Below, in pieces: positions 37,774-47,304 of a stretch of DNA of 64,000 nt (position 1 is its first letter; every line of letters begins with the position of its first letter). The notes under the pieces are model-generated. The model had not been told where the DNA came from, made no database searches, and saw nothing but the letters and a program-made list of their open reading frames with translations. Origin of the DNA: a virus; IMG/VR virus record IMGVR_UViG_3300020439_000005, positions 16,698-80,697 of that record; one strand, written 5' to 3'. The position numbers and the translations under genes are program-made.

Positions 37774-40067
37774 TGTACCACCCTGTTAGTTCTAACTCGG
37801 TCTAGCATGTCCTCGATGAGGAACAGACCTTTGTCGACGATTTGGTCGATGCCCGAGATTGATAGAGAATGTTCGTAGTACCTGTCGACCGGAGAACCGC
37901 AAACGCCGAGAGCGAATACTTCGACTCCCCTTGGTGGGTTGGCGGCTACGTTCTTCAAGTCTTGACTGACTGATACGTTGGTTGGTGCAGGTCCGGCAGG
38001 TGCCCCGTCTGAGATAGTGAAGACCATGTTAGCCGCTACTTCTTTCGGCATTTCGGCTAGCCTGTTGTAGCACCAATTCAACGCACGTCCGTCAGAGTTC
38101 TCTGAGCCTGTGGAAGGCAGAGCGATTGCCGCTTTGGTTCGGTCGCATAGTGGGTTCGAGTAAAGTTTGTTGACTGCAATTTGAGTACCGCCGACGGTGC
38201 CTATGTCGTAGTGGGATGAGAAGTCAACCACTTCGACGTTGAAGCCGAGCCTGTGGAAAACTTCGTGGAATACGATTGAAGCGTTAGCGGCGTGGTGTGC
38301 CCTAGAGCCACCTGTGACTCCCTCAGAATGACCACCCATGGAACCGGATGCGTCGACTAGAAGAATGACGTTAGCCGATGGGTCGTCCTGTATGTTCCTC
38401 TTTCTGAATAGGTTGCGAGAAGTGCCGTAGCGGGATAGTCTGCGTGTGTCTAGTCTGCCTCTGCGTAGGTGGGTGTTCCAACGGGTGTCTAGCCCTAGAA
38501 GTCGGCGTGTGTAAAGGTCGACTAGAGTCTGTATTGTGTCCTCGTATTTCTCGACGGTTGCTTCGTAGTGTTCGGCGGCGGCTTCGATGTTGTCGACCCT
38601 GCCGTCTAGCCTGTACCCGCTTCGGGTTTGGCGTGTGTCGAAGAAGTCAACCACTTTCATGTAGTGGCCTGTGTCGTCCGGTCCGTTGGTGACTAGGTCG
38701 ATACCTGCGTATGCCTCGGTTGCTTCGTACTCGTAGTCGGCTTCGTCGTTAAGAGCCTCGTAGTCCTCAACCTCCATGCACTCGATTGCTTCTCTCATGA
38801 TGGTCTCCATGTCGAACATTTCTCCATTGGAAGTTATGATTGTGTTTTGACCGATTCCACCGTACCCTGCTAGGCCGTCGTCGTCAGCCTCAGTATTACC
38901 TGCGTCACCGGAGATTTCTGTCTCGTCGTATTCGCCGATGGTGCCGTCTAGTTCTCCACCTGCTACACCTTCGCCGACTTCTCCGTCTGCGTCTGCGTCG
39001 CCTGTGGTACTACCCATACCGTCTTCACCCTCTCCTGTACCCTCTGCGTCGCTCTCAGAGCCGTCTTCGGCGTCACCTAGGCCCAAACTACCTGTTGACT
39101 CTCCTTCGCCCTCAGATTCGCTCTCTGAGAGTTTGGATGCTTCTTCGGCGTCTTCTTTGGTTGGTGTGGTTCTCTCGTCGAAGCGAGTTGGACTAACGTC
39201 CTCGGCTTCTTCGCCGGTTTCGGCTTGATTCTTTGCTGACTCTGTGATTTCTCCTTTTGTGTGTGAGTCCATGGAGTCCATTGAGAAGCCCTCCATGCCC
39301 TCCATAGGCAAACCTGCCTCGGACATGTCTCGGTCCATTTCACCCAATGGGAAATGTCGGCGGATTACTTCGATAACTCGGCGAGCCTGTCTAATGACCT
39401 CCATAGTGTTAGGTTGATTGATTGCGTTTTGGTAAAGTGGGCGAGCCTCGTCGATACATGCTACTACTCCTTCGTCGTCGAAGAAGTGAGGGGTGTTGTT
39501 GATGGTCTCGCACATGATAGCGGTCATGACTGCGGATAGTCTGTTTGACTCGTCAATGTCCTGTGTAGCCCAACGTGCCCTGTGCATGTTGGTGTAGTGG
39601 TTGTTGGTGAATGAGACCCTTTTACCGGAACCGGGGAAGTCCTGTCCGAGAAGATGGTTAATTCGAGTGTCCTCTAGTATGTTGACCATGTGGTGAATTA
39701 GTGGGTCGTCTTTGCCGTTCGCAACAGTCCTTCGTAGTGAGTCCCATGAACCAAAGTCTGTGTAGCGAAGGTGCCCTGCCGCTTCGTGGGCTAGGATTGC
39801 TTCTTGAGCCAAAAGGTTCGCCGCTTCGTCTCCCTCGATTGCAGTCTGAGGAACCCACACGGTTTTGCCGTCTGTGCATGCTCGACCGGATGGGTCGAGT
39901 ACAACCTTAGTTGCTGATGCTCCACCCTGTCCGTACTCGCCGGATAGAACCCTAGCGACCTGTGCTAGTCTGCGTTGTCTCGCTCTAAAGCGGAAGGCGT
40001 CGTCTTTTGGCTTGTTGATTATTCCCGCCATGGGGTTGTCGAAGTTGGCGTCGGCTAGCATGTCCAT
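37770..40067 (-). CDS. vWA-domain protein (CobT/MoxR partner type) with N-terminal HEAAGH motif
   Basis: HEAAGHLRYTDF, NILEDTRI, acidic linker, GRLDTRRL, LLVDASGSM (MIDAS), ISDGAP. Confidence 0.85.
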   Translation of the reverse strand: MDMLADANFDNPMAGIINKPKDDAFRFRARQRRLAQVARVLSGEYGQGGASATKVVLDPSGRACTDGKTVWVPQTAIEGDEAANLLAQEAILAHEAAGHLRYTDFGSWDSLRRTVANGKDDPLIHHMVNILEDTRINHLLGQDFPGSGKRVSFTNNHYTNMHRARWATQDIDESNRLSAVMTAIMCETINNTPHFFDDEGVVACIDEARPLYQNAINQPNTMEVIRQARRVIEVIRRHFPLGEMDRDMSEAGLPMEGMEGFSMDSMDSHTKGEITESAKNQAETGEEAEDVSPTRFDERTTPTKEDAEEASKLSESESEGEGESTGSLGLGDAEDGSESDAEGTGEGEDGMGSTTGDADADGEVGEGVAGGELDGTIGEYDETEISGDAGNTEADDDGLAGYGGIGQNTIITSNGEMFDMETIMREAIECMEVEDYEALNDEADYEYEATEAYAGIDLVTNGPDDTGHYMKVVDFFDTRQTRSGYRLDGRVDNIEAAAEHYEATVEKYEDTIQTLVDLYTRRLLGLDTRWNTHLRRGRLDTRRLSRYGTSRNLFRKRNIQDDPSANVILLVDASGSMGGHSEGVTGGSRAHHAANASIVFHEVFHRLGFNVEVVDFSSHYDIGTVGGTQIAVNKLYSNPLCDRTKAAIALPSTGSENSDGRALNWCYNRLAEMPKEVAANMVFTISDGAPAGPAPTNVSVSQDLKNVAANPPRGVEVFALGVCGSPVDRYYEHSLSISGIDQIVDKGLFLIEDMLDRVRTNRVVQ

Positions 40068-40076
40068 CAGTCCCGC

Positions 40077-40823
40077 TCACCTAGTATGCCTATATGAACC
40101 TAGCGTTTTGTGGTACTGTGGTTTTCGGTATTGCTGAGTTCTGCTTCGTAGCAGTTTCACATTGTCCCATGATACCATGCTAAGGTCCTCCGTAGTCCAT
40201 GCTCGACTGTGTAGTTCGTGAGCCTCCTGTACTCGGATTGGATTTTCGTTATTGTAAAGTGCAGATTTCAAAACTGCGATTGGATGGGTTGTTTGAGATG
40301 GATGAGCAACTCCTGTGAGGATTGCCTTAGTCACGTCGGGTTCTGTGATTCCGTCTATTGTGTAGCCGTCTCCAAAAGTAATGAGTGAATTGTATGCCGT
40401 ATTCCACGATTTGCATTGAGCCGCAACCTCTCTGATAATGTCCTCGTCCTCGTTGATGCCGAGATGGTGTGATAGGCTTAACAGATATTCAGTCAACTCC
40501 GCTTTAGATGGTGCGGGGTTGTATGTCGATTTTGCTACTCTGCGTATTGCGTATGGGACCGTTTCTAGGTGTTGGACCTCGATTACCATTTGAGGCGGCG
40601 AAGCCGTCAGAGCGGCTCTAACGGCATTCCATTCAGACTTCGTGAAATGCTCTGCCTCAAGCAGAGCGATTCGACCTTGACCAAAGAAGGACGGATGCCT
40701 AGAGTCCTGTATGATTTTCTTCGGGTTGTCTCCACGTACCACTTCAAGACCTAGGACCTCGGCCCTGTCTAGGATGGCAGTCGTTTTACCCGAGCCTGTT
40801 GGACCGTGTATGATTTCAAGCAT
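40077..40823 (-). CDS. Divergent RFC large-subunit-like AAA+ protein
   Basis: IIHGPTGSGKTT...LGLEVV; degenerate Walker B (LLEAEH); start taken at MLEIIHG. Confidence 0.55.
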   Translation of the reverse strand: MLEIIHGPTGSGKTTAILDRAEVLGLEVVRGDNPKKIIQDSRHPSFFGQGRIALLEAEHFTKSEWNAVRAALTASPPQMVIEVQHLETVPYAIRRVAKSTYNPAPSKAELTEYLLSLSHHLGINEDEDIIREVAAQCKSWNTAYNSLITFGDGYTIDGITEPDVTKAILTGVAHPSQTTHPIAVLKSALYNNENPIRVQEAHELHSRAWTTEDLSMVSWDNVKLLRSRTQQYRKPQYHKTLGSYRHTR

Positions 40824-40986
40824 GCTCAGAAGGGACGAAGGAGTCGATTGTCGTTTGACCCTCAGAGGGAGTCCATGCGGGTCTCCCTGCTTGAAGGATT
40901 GTGTCGACGATTCGCTCAAGATTCATCACCCTCTCATTCAACTCAATAATTCTCGCTTCTAGTTGTTCTCTAGTCTGTTCAACCAT
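40816..40986 (-). CDS. 56-aa coiled-coil microprotein with PIP-box-like motif
   Basis: MVEQTREQLEARIIELNERV...QTTIDSFV; promoter at ~41003-41018. Confidence 0.6.
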   Translation of the reverse strand: MVEQTREQLEARIIELNERVMNLERIVDTILQAGRPAWTPSEGQTTIDSFVPSEHA

Positions 40987-41101
40987 GCTCCTATTCGACA
41001 GTCCCACCTTTATGAAAGGTCGACTCTGAGGGGTGGTGGAGAAGGGGATGATTACAACAACCAATTGAGGGGGTTGCCGCCCCTTCTCCGTGGCTCCCCC
41101 C

Positions 41102-42307
41102 TCAGTAGTCAGACAACCTCGCTCGGGCAGTCATTTTGACTGTCTCGATTTCTCTAGGGGTAAATTTCCCTAGGAATGATTCGTCGATTGCTTCTTGAAT
41201 TGAGAAGCCGTCTCTTAGGTCCATGAGTATGTGGATGATAGAACGTGTTGAGACGTCCGATGTGATACCCTTTCGGTTGGCCTTGAGAGTACGAAGGTCG
41301 TTCGCTAGATTGACCAACTCTTGAGCAACTCTGTTATTCATGAAGCCGGATTGTTGTTGTACAACCTGCAACTCCTTCTCAGCAGGGAGATAGTCGACCG
41401 CAAAGGAGCGGCTGAACCTGTTGCGGAACGCTTCGTTCTGTTCGTTGGTTCCGGCATAACCCGGATTGTATGTACCAATGACCATGAAGCCCTCCTTTGC
41501 TCTAACTACTCTGTTAGCGTCGTCCGGCAATACTACGAAGCCGGAGTCCATAGCCGAGAACATAGCAATTTGAGTGTTGTCTCGCATGGCGTTGATTTCG
41601 TCGCAGATTAGAGGGATTCCGTTCTCCATAGCGTTTACTAGGATTCCGTCGATGTAGCGAGTCTCGCCGTCCGCTAGGTCTAGTCGACCGAGCAGAGTTT
41701 CTTCACTAACACCGTCGCTCATGTTGATTCTGAGTACGGGTGTGTTTAGGTGTGCGAAAAACTCTCTAGCCATTAGCGATTTACCGGAGCCTGTTGGTCC
41801 GAATGCCGCTACGTGGCAGTTGACCGTGTCTCCGCCTAGAGAACGCCTTAGCATGGCACCTAAGTGCCTAAACTCATTTCTTGAAGATTCCATGTAGCCA
41901 ACTACGGATGGGATTTGTTGTTGAAGGTCCTCGGACCAACTCTCAGCGTCGCTTCTAGCGATACCATAGAATGTACCGTGGGGAGCGTCTTCGTCTGATA
42001 CTGTGTTAGCGACCTTTACTTCGTACGAACCGATGCCGCCTAGTTCTCCGTTAGCCAATGACTCTGCCATTTCTGCTAGCCATATTTGCTTGTCTGTTCC
42101 GATAGTGACTCTTTCGACACCTGCACCCGCTAGTCTTGAGCGAGTAAAGGCATTCTTCTTCAAGGAGTCTATGGATGCGGCGTTTTCTTCTCCCACGTTA
42201 GAGACAATAATTTCTCTAACGGCTTCAATAAAGGTAGCCTCGTCTACCTTCCCGCCGTGTCGTTCGCATGCTTCTCTCATAGCCAATTGTGTGCTGTTTC
42301 GTGCCAT
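41102..42307 (-). CDS. MoxR/CbbQ-family AAA+ ATPase
   Basis: GPTGSGKS, LICDEIN, GTYNPGYAG...NEAFRNRF, STR. Confidence 0.9.
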   Translation of the reverse strand: MARNSTQLAMREACERHGGKVDEATFIEAVREIIVSNVGEENAASIDSLKKNAFTRSRLAGAGVERVTIGTDKQIWLAEMAESLANGELGGIGSYEVKVANTVSDEDAPHGTFYGIARSDAESWSEDLQQQIPSVVGYMESSRNEFRHLGAMLRRSLGGDTVNCHVAAFGPTGSGKSLMAREFFAHLNTPVLRINMSDGVSEETLLGRLDLADGETRYIDGILVNAMENGIPLICDEINAMRDNTQIAMFSAMDSGFVVLPDDANRVVRAKEGFMVIGTYNPGYAGTNEQNEAFRNRFSRSFAVDYLPAEKELQVVQQQSGFMNNRVAQELVNLANDLRTLKANRKGITSDVSTRSIIHILMDLRDGFSIQEAIDESFLGKFTPREIETVKMTARARLSDY

Positions 42308-42377
42308 TTTTTATTCCTCATTGGTTGTTCATTTGTTGGGTCCCGCTATCATGTCGGGCAGGTCGTCGTAGAAGATT

Positions 42378-42530
42378 CTACTTATCAATGTTTGCACGTA
42401 TAGTGGTTCTCGGGTATATCCTACAACACTTTGCACAAGCCTTGATGTCTTTTCCATTCGTTCTCGGTATGACCTTCTTACACATAACACACACATACGT
42501 GGGTTTAGTGTGGTCCTTCCGCTTCGCCAT
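42378..42530 (-). CDS. 50-aa Zn-finger microprotein (different frame from the track ORF)
   Basis: MAKRKDHTKPTYVCVMCKK...ACAKCC; TTCATAAGGGTGGG promoter ~20 nt upstream. Confidence 0.6.
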   Translation of the reverse strand: MAKRKDHTKPTYVCVMCKKVIPRTNGKDIKACAKCCRIYPRTTIRANIDK

Positions 42531-42548
42531 ACAACGAAAGAGCAGAGT

Positions 42549-42563
42549 CCCACCCTTATGAAG
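42549..42563 (-). promoter_or_regulatory. Class C (replication-region) promoter TTCATA(A/T)(A/G)GGTGGG (representative)
   Basis: Also ~41003, 48540, 49733, 50423 (variant) and 51527 (variant). Confidence 0.7.
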
Positions 42564-42569
42564 AACGAC

Positions 42570-43034
42570 CTATGATACCATAGTTAGGTACGTTGCTATG
42601 TGACGTTCTTTGTATTCCCGTTTGGCTCTTGAGTTTTCAAATCTGAGAATCTTCTTCGGCTTGTACCAAAGTTTCTGCTTGTCTTTTGACTCAACGATAC
42701 GGAGTGCCTTAGCAACCTTTCTTGTTGCATGGCTCGCTACGATGTACGGCAGTATCGGTCCTATGTCTCGGTCGGGATAATCCGGCCAACATGCGTTGAA
42801 GATTCGGAGACTTGCTTCTTCGGGTGTTGGTGCCGAGACTGCTAGTGCTACTATTGCATCTATCTCCTCGGCGAAAGCCTCAGCCTCCTTTACTCCCTCA
42901 TCATGTAGAACGTCCTTGAAGTGATTGAACGAACCATAGTGGTCCAACATGATACGCCTAGCCTCATGGTGGGTGAACCCACACTTGAGTCTCAGAGTAT
43001 TGTATAGTTGATTTTTCCACGTCATGTAAACCAC
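42570..43034 (-). CDS. Hypothetical protein
   Basis: ORF coupled to the PolB stop. Confidence 0.55.
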   Translation of the reverse strand: MVYMTWKNQLYNTLRLKCGFTHHEARRIMLDHYGSFNHFKDVLHDEGVKEAEAFAEEIDAIVALAVSAPTPEEASLRIFNACWPDYPDRDIGPILPYIVASHATRKVAKALRIVESKDKQKLWYKPKKILRFENSRAKREYKERHIATYLTMVS

Positions 43035-45643
43035 GTATCAAACGATTCGGTTCCTGTCCTGTTGATTGCTCTATCCCATGATGTACCCATGGCTCCTAGG
43101 ATTTGCTCAAAGGAGTTTGACTCTCCTATGTATTTGGCTAGGCTCGCCTCCCTATCGACTACAATATCGAAGTCGTCGGGGTTCTCTCCCCATTCAACCG
43201 CAACCCACCTGTTCTCCGGTAGTGGGTGCTTCGACTTTCTAGCAAGGTACAGACATGGCTTGTCTCCAATATCAAACTCGGTTCCCAAATATCGGTTCGA
43301 CCACATCGAAGCCTTGTGTGCCTGTGTTCCTTCTTTCTTCATACCCGACGGCTTTCCGTAGTGTGAGGAGGGAGTCTTGCTTTCATCGAGCAAGTTCTCG
43401 TTCCATGTTCTCAACAAATCATTCAACTTACTAGCGTCGCCTCCTTCTAAGATGCAAGCAAAGATAGCCTTCTGAATATCCTTGACTACCTGTGGAGTTG
43501 ATGACCTTCTAATCTCAACTCCTCTGAATCCGAAGTTATCATCGAAGTCAACGTATGCGTATCGCTTCTTTACTCCCCATTGGAAATATCGAGCGTAGTA
43601 CGCATCGGGCTTGATTCTGAAAAACTCATTCTTGTCGACATTCAGAGTTTCTTTCACGAAATCGTCGAAGGAATCATTCAACTCGTCGCAGAGTTGTAGA
43701 GCGAACGATTCGACGTCGCTCCGTAGGACGGGTGCTACTTTCCGTAAATCGGCAAGATTCGTGATACCAACTTTGCATGAATCAGTATCTTGATACAGAG
43801 TCTTGAATTGAACCTCCATTCCATTCCATTCTAGTGTTCGATTGTTAATGTAATTCTTATTCCAATCATTGTGTAGCCGAGCAACCTCTGTAATGTCTGA
43901 GCCTATTTCGGGGTCAGCCAAACGGAACGGGCGTCTCTTTGTCTTCTCAGTCATACCCGAGCCTAGTACGCCGTACCAACTATTCATGTTCTCTTTCATT
44001 ACACGCTGACGTCTATCCAAAGATAGGTATTCATCTGAACCATACTCAACGTCCTTCATGGCCCCACGTGTCGCCTCTCTCCCCTCTGCGAGGGTTCTGA
44101 GAACCCGAGGCATGATACCCTCCACGTCACGTCGATAGTATCGACCACTCGGAGTTATGGTCACGGGGAACGGGAATCCGTCGGGATAGTCCTTCGGGTC
44201 AATCTTAGTGTCCGGTGAGAAGTTGCCTGTTATCATAGCCGATGGGTATTCCATTGAGTTATCCACTTCAAAGGCACACTCGAATACACCTGTTGGTGCA
44301 TCCATCACGAAGCCTCCCGCTTCTATCGACCCTTCTATCTTAGAAGCAGTCAGAGATGCTGACGGCATGACCATGTTATCAGCCATGAGAAGGTGCCCCA
44401 TCATGTCCTCCACTAGCAACATATTGCTATGGCTATGGTGGAGAGTTGAGTTGTGATAAGCGGTCTTAGTGATATAGAACCGAAGGAGATTGAGTTTACT
44501 CATACAACGAGCGGCGCACACATTATCCCATGCGTTGTAAACTGCTAGCATTACGGGGTCACGTACCATTAGGTCTGTTATGCGTGTACGTGGGACTTTA
44601 CCATAGCCCAATGTCTGACCCGCCATCCATGCTAGGCTAGCGGCACCTGTTGTAGCGGCGGCACCTTGTACCTGTTCTGCGTATGCTATCTTCGTGTCGA
44701 AGTATGGCATGTACTTGAGATACCGCATATTCGGCCAAGCGGTGTCGGTTCGTGAAAGAGAAGAAGTGTGATTTTTCACGTTCATTCGTTTGCATCTGTT
44801 GATTACGTACGGGTGGTCGTAGCCTATTATGTTCTGACCGGCGATTACATCGGGGTCGTAATGCTTGATTCTATCATTGAACCACCACATCAACTGACGT
44901 TCTCTTTCTTCCTCGTCCTCGTCATCGAATACCTTGACTACAACCTTTGCAGGGTCGAGCGGGGGTATCGGCTCTGTGTGTTCAACAACTGACTCAAGGG
45001 CCTCCTGTGAGCCAAGGAATCGCTTTACTAGATTAGTAGCGGTAGGTACAGTCGTACCTATCTCATGTGTGTCTGTCTTCTCATCATAGATTGCGATAGA
45101 GACAATTGGTTCCGGTGCGTTCTCCATATCCAAAGAGTCGGCGGTCTCAATATCATAGTACAACAAATCAAGGTCGAAGTCATCGACAGTCGTGACCGAT
45201 GAATGAATGTCTTTGTACGATACTACGTAGGAACCGTCTTCTGCCTTACGCAGATTTCCCAACGGCACTCTGATGACTGCGGTCCACGAATACCACCAAC
45301 GAACCAAAGAACCCCATTTTGCATCTGCACAATAGTGAGGGAAGAAATGGTCTCTCACTTCTCGAATGTGGCTCGGTCGTTCGCATCTTACCTCGTACAA
45401 CTTCTTCCCTTCGATACTACGTATCTCCGTTGGTCGGATAGAAATGTGCTGAGAGATAAGTTCCTTGTCGAAGGTCGAATGTTCAGTCCAAAACTTAGGT
45501 ACGCAGTCGGTGACTTTCAGAATTACAGTTTCACCATCGGTTGTTTTGCCTCTGATTTCAGTCCACCATCTCTTAGGCTCCTCGACGGCTCTAACGCTCA
45601 CAACTAGAAGGTCATGCCATACTCTCACGGACGTACCCTCCAT
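43022..45643 (-). CDS. polB: Family B DNA polymerase
   Basis: Exo I DIETAD, Exo II NIIGYD, Exo III YNAWD; pol motifs DNSMEYPS, KENMNSWYG, YQDTDS, KKRY, RGVEIRR. Confidence 0.95.
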   Translation of the reverse strand: MEGTSVRVWHDLLVVSVRAVEEPKRWWTEIRGKTTDGETVILKVTDCVPKFWTEHSTFDKELISQHISIRPTEIRSIEGKKLYEVRCERPSHIREVRDHFFPHYCADAKWGSLVRWWYSWTAVIRVPLGNLRKAEDGSYVVSYKDIHSSVTTVDDFDLDLLYYDIETADSLDMENAPEPIVSIAIYDEKTDTHEIGTTVPTATNLVKRFLGSQEALESVVEHTEPIPPLDPAKVVVKVFDDEDEEERERQLMWWFNDRIKHYDPDVIAGQNIIGYDHPYVINRCKRMNVKNHTSSLSRTDTAWPNMRYLKYMPYFDTKIAYAEQVQGAAATTGAASLAWMAGQTLGYGKVPRTRITDLMVRDPVMLAVYNAWDNVCAARCMSKLNLLRFYITKTAYHNSTLHHSHSNMLLVEDMMGHLLMADNMVMPSASLTASKIEGSIEAGGFVMDAPTGVFECAFEVDNSMEYPSAMITGNFSPDTKIDPKDYPDGFPFPVTITPSGRYYRRDVEGIMPRVLRTLAEGREATRGAMKDVEYGSDEYLSLDRRQRVMKENMNSWYGVLGSGMTEKTKRRPFRLADPEIGSDITEVARLHNDWNKNYINNRTLEWNGMEVQFKTLYQDTDSCKVGITNLADLRKVAPVLRSDVESFALQLCDELNDSFDDFVKETLNVDKNEFFRIKPDAYYARYFQWGVKKRYAYVDFDDNFGFRGVEIRRSSTPQVVKDIQKAIFACILEGGDASKLNDLLRTWNENLLDESKTPSSHYGKPSGMKKEGTQAHKASMWSNRYLGTEFDIGDKPCLYLARKSKHPLPENRWVAVEWGENPDDFDIVVDREASLAKYIGESNSFEQILGAMGTSWDRAINRTGTESFDTWFT

Positions 45644-45942
45644 ATTGCTCCCCTGCTATTATCCTCCTTATCGAAGTGTCGCCGATGAGACTTTAGTATC
45701 TGAGATAGGGCCAATGGAGACCTAACGTGTAGGTTCTGAGTCACACCCAATCTCGGGCTTTTCCATTCATAGATAGGAGTCCCTTCAATTACCATGTTTT
45801 CCCACATGTTCCTCACCGTTGAGGGTCCGTGTTCTTTCAGCCATTCATAGATTAAGGGGACTAAATACTCGTTGCGTATCGCAGACTTCTGCATCCGAGA
45901 AAGGCCACTAAGCCAACTCTTTCTATTCCTTCGCCTCGTCAT
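45625..45942 (-). CDS. Putative winged-helix protein
   Basis: WLKEHGPSTVRNMWE...LSQILK...W pattern. Confidence 0.5.
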   Translation of the reverse strand: MTRRRNRKSWLSGLSRMQKSAIRNEYLVPLIYEWLKEHGPSTVRNMWENMVIEGTPIYEWKSPRLGVTQNLHVRSPLALSQILKSHRRHFDKEDNSRGAIWRVRP

Positions 45943-46156
45943 CTAATCGCCTTATGATTTGAGCGGACAGATAAATTACTAGGTCTAGGATTTCTTCTAG
46001 TCCCATCTCCGTCCATGAATCCGTTTTGGTTCCGTACTGTGTAGTATCGTCCTGTATTCTCATTCCGTGTCCGTATCTTTCTTGACCCACTATCATTCTC
46101 TCTTTGATAGTATCAAGTATTCTCTGATTGTCGTCTGTAAACTCTATGTCCGTCAT
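45923..46156 (-). CDS. Small MazG-like / nucleotide-modification-associated helical protein
   Basis: ERMIVGQERYG...EEILDLVIYL. Confidence 0.55.
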   Translation of the reverse strand: MTDIEFTDDNQRILDTIKERMIVGQERYGHGMRIQDDTTQYGTKTDSWTEMGLEEILDLVIYLSAQIIRRLDDEAKE

Positions 46157-46157
46157 T

Positions 46158-47075
46158 TCATATCTCTCCGTGTAAATGTGCTAAGTAGCCCTGTTCGTCA
46201 AAGCCTTTCTTATCTAACTCAACTAACGTCATTCCGTAGTTGTCGATTTCTTCTCCTTCCCATTCGGATTTTTTTCCCAATGGAATATCTTTGAATGGTT
46301 TGTAATTAACATGGTGATGATGTCGATTGAATCTCCAAACGACTTTCGCTACATCGGGGTGCATGTCTTCTAACATCTTAGATTTCAGATAGGTTCCATC
46401 CTCAGAATAAAACTGTTCATGATTACCACCACCCATTCTTTGTGTAGTCACTTTGCCCTGTAAGAAGGCGTTGAATTGTAATGTAGCCCAACCGTCTTTC
46501 AAGACTCTCAAGCATAAGTCCGTATCTTCATTGTATCTCCCTCTCCACCGATAAGGAATATCGTTCCGAATGAAAAGGCATGAGTAAATCCGTGTGTTCT
46601 TGACGTACGGAGGCACACCGTCATTCGACTTAACAAATGAATAGTAGTTAGGTCCCGAGATTGCTATGTTGTCGTATCGAAGAACGAAATCCTCCATGGC
46701 TCTAAAGATTGTACCACTTGTGACTTCGGCTTTGATATTCTTATTGACTCTGTGAAAGGCATCCAAATTATCATCCATCACCCAATGATGAGAATATCCT
46801 CTTTCGATAGAATGGTCCCATGCAAAATTGCGAGCCGCTCCCGGTCCTATCCTTGGGTCGTCATCGTCCCAAAATACATCATATTCTTCATTGTATTTTT
46901 TGGGGGTGACTAGAATCTTATCGGGGTCGACCACCTTTGCATATTTTTCATACTCATGTTCTTCGACGATAAGGTGAAATGGAATCCTGTTCAGTTCCAA
47001 AGCCTTCACGGTGAGGCGACGTCGTTCATCCCAACGACCTTTTGAGACGACGTAAATTGGGAAGTTAGGATTCAT
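46158..47075 (-). CDS. GT-A glycosyltransferase of the TET-associated/GREB1-like type
   Basis: PIYVVSKGR, GAARNFAW, HWVMDDN, RIYSCLFI, WRGRYNEDTDL, GGN. Confidence 0.75.
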   Translation of the reverse strand: MNPNFPIYVVSKGRWDERRRLTVKALELNRIPFHLIVEEHEYEKYAKVVDPDKILVTPKKYNEEYDVFWDDDDPRIGPGAARNFAWDHSIERGYSHHWVMDDNLDAFHRVNKNIKAEVTSGTIFRAMEDFVLRYDNIAISGPNYYSFVKSNDGVPPYVKNTRIYSCLFIRNDIPYRWRGRYNEDTDLCLRVLKDGWATLQFNAFLQGKVTTQRMGGGNHEQFYSEDGTYLKSKMLEDMHPDVAKVVWRFNRHHHHVNYKPFKDIPLGKKSEWEGEEIDNYGMTLVELDKKGFDEQGYLAHLHGEI

Positions 47076-47304
47076 CTATCCATCTCCTTACATACGGTTT
47101 GATATGTGGCTTGTATGGGAACCACATACTCTTTGTTTTAGGAGTCAATTTTTGTCCTACTAATTCAGCAAACAACATCAAGTCCTCCTCTGTCTCGAAT
47201 CGAATGTTAATCATAGAGAAAGGCTCTTTTTTGGGTTGGTCAAACTCCGGCATACCTTTCCATTCTTCGCTAGGTGTTCCCTCTGTTATTTCTTCGTCCG
47301 TCAT
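47065..47304 (-). CDS. Small conserved partner of the GT-A gene
   Basis: EWKGMPEF...IRFETEEDL..FAELVGQKLTPKTKSMWFP; overlaps the GT start. Confidence 0.55.
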   Translation of the reverse strand: MTDEEITEGTPSEEWKGMPEFDQPKKEPFSMINIRFETEEDLMLFAELVGQKLTPKTKSMWFPYKPHIKPYVRRWIDES

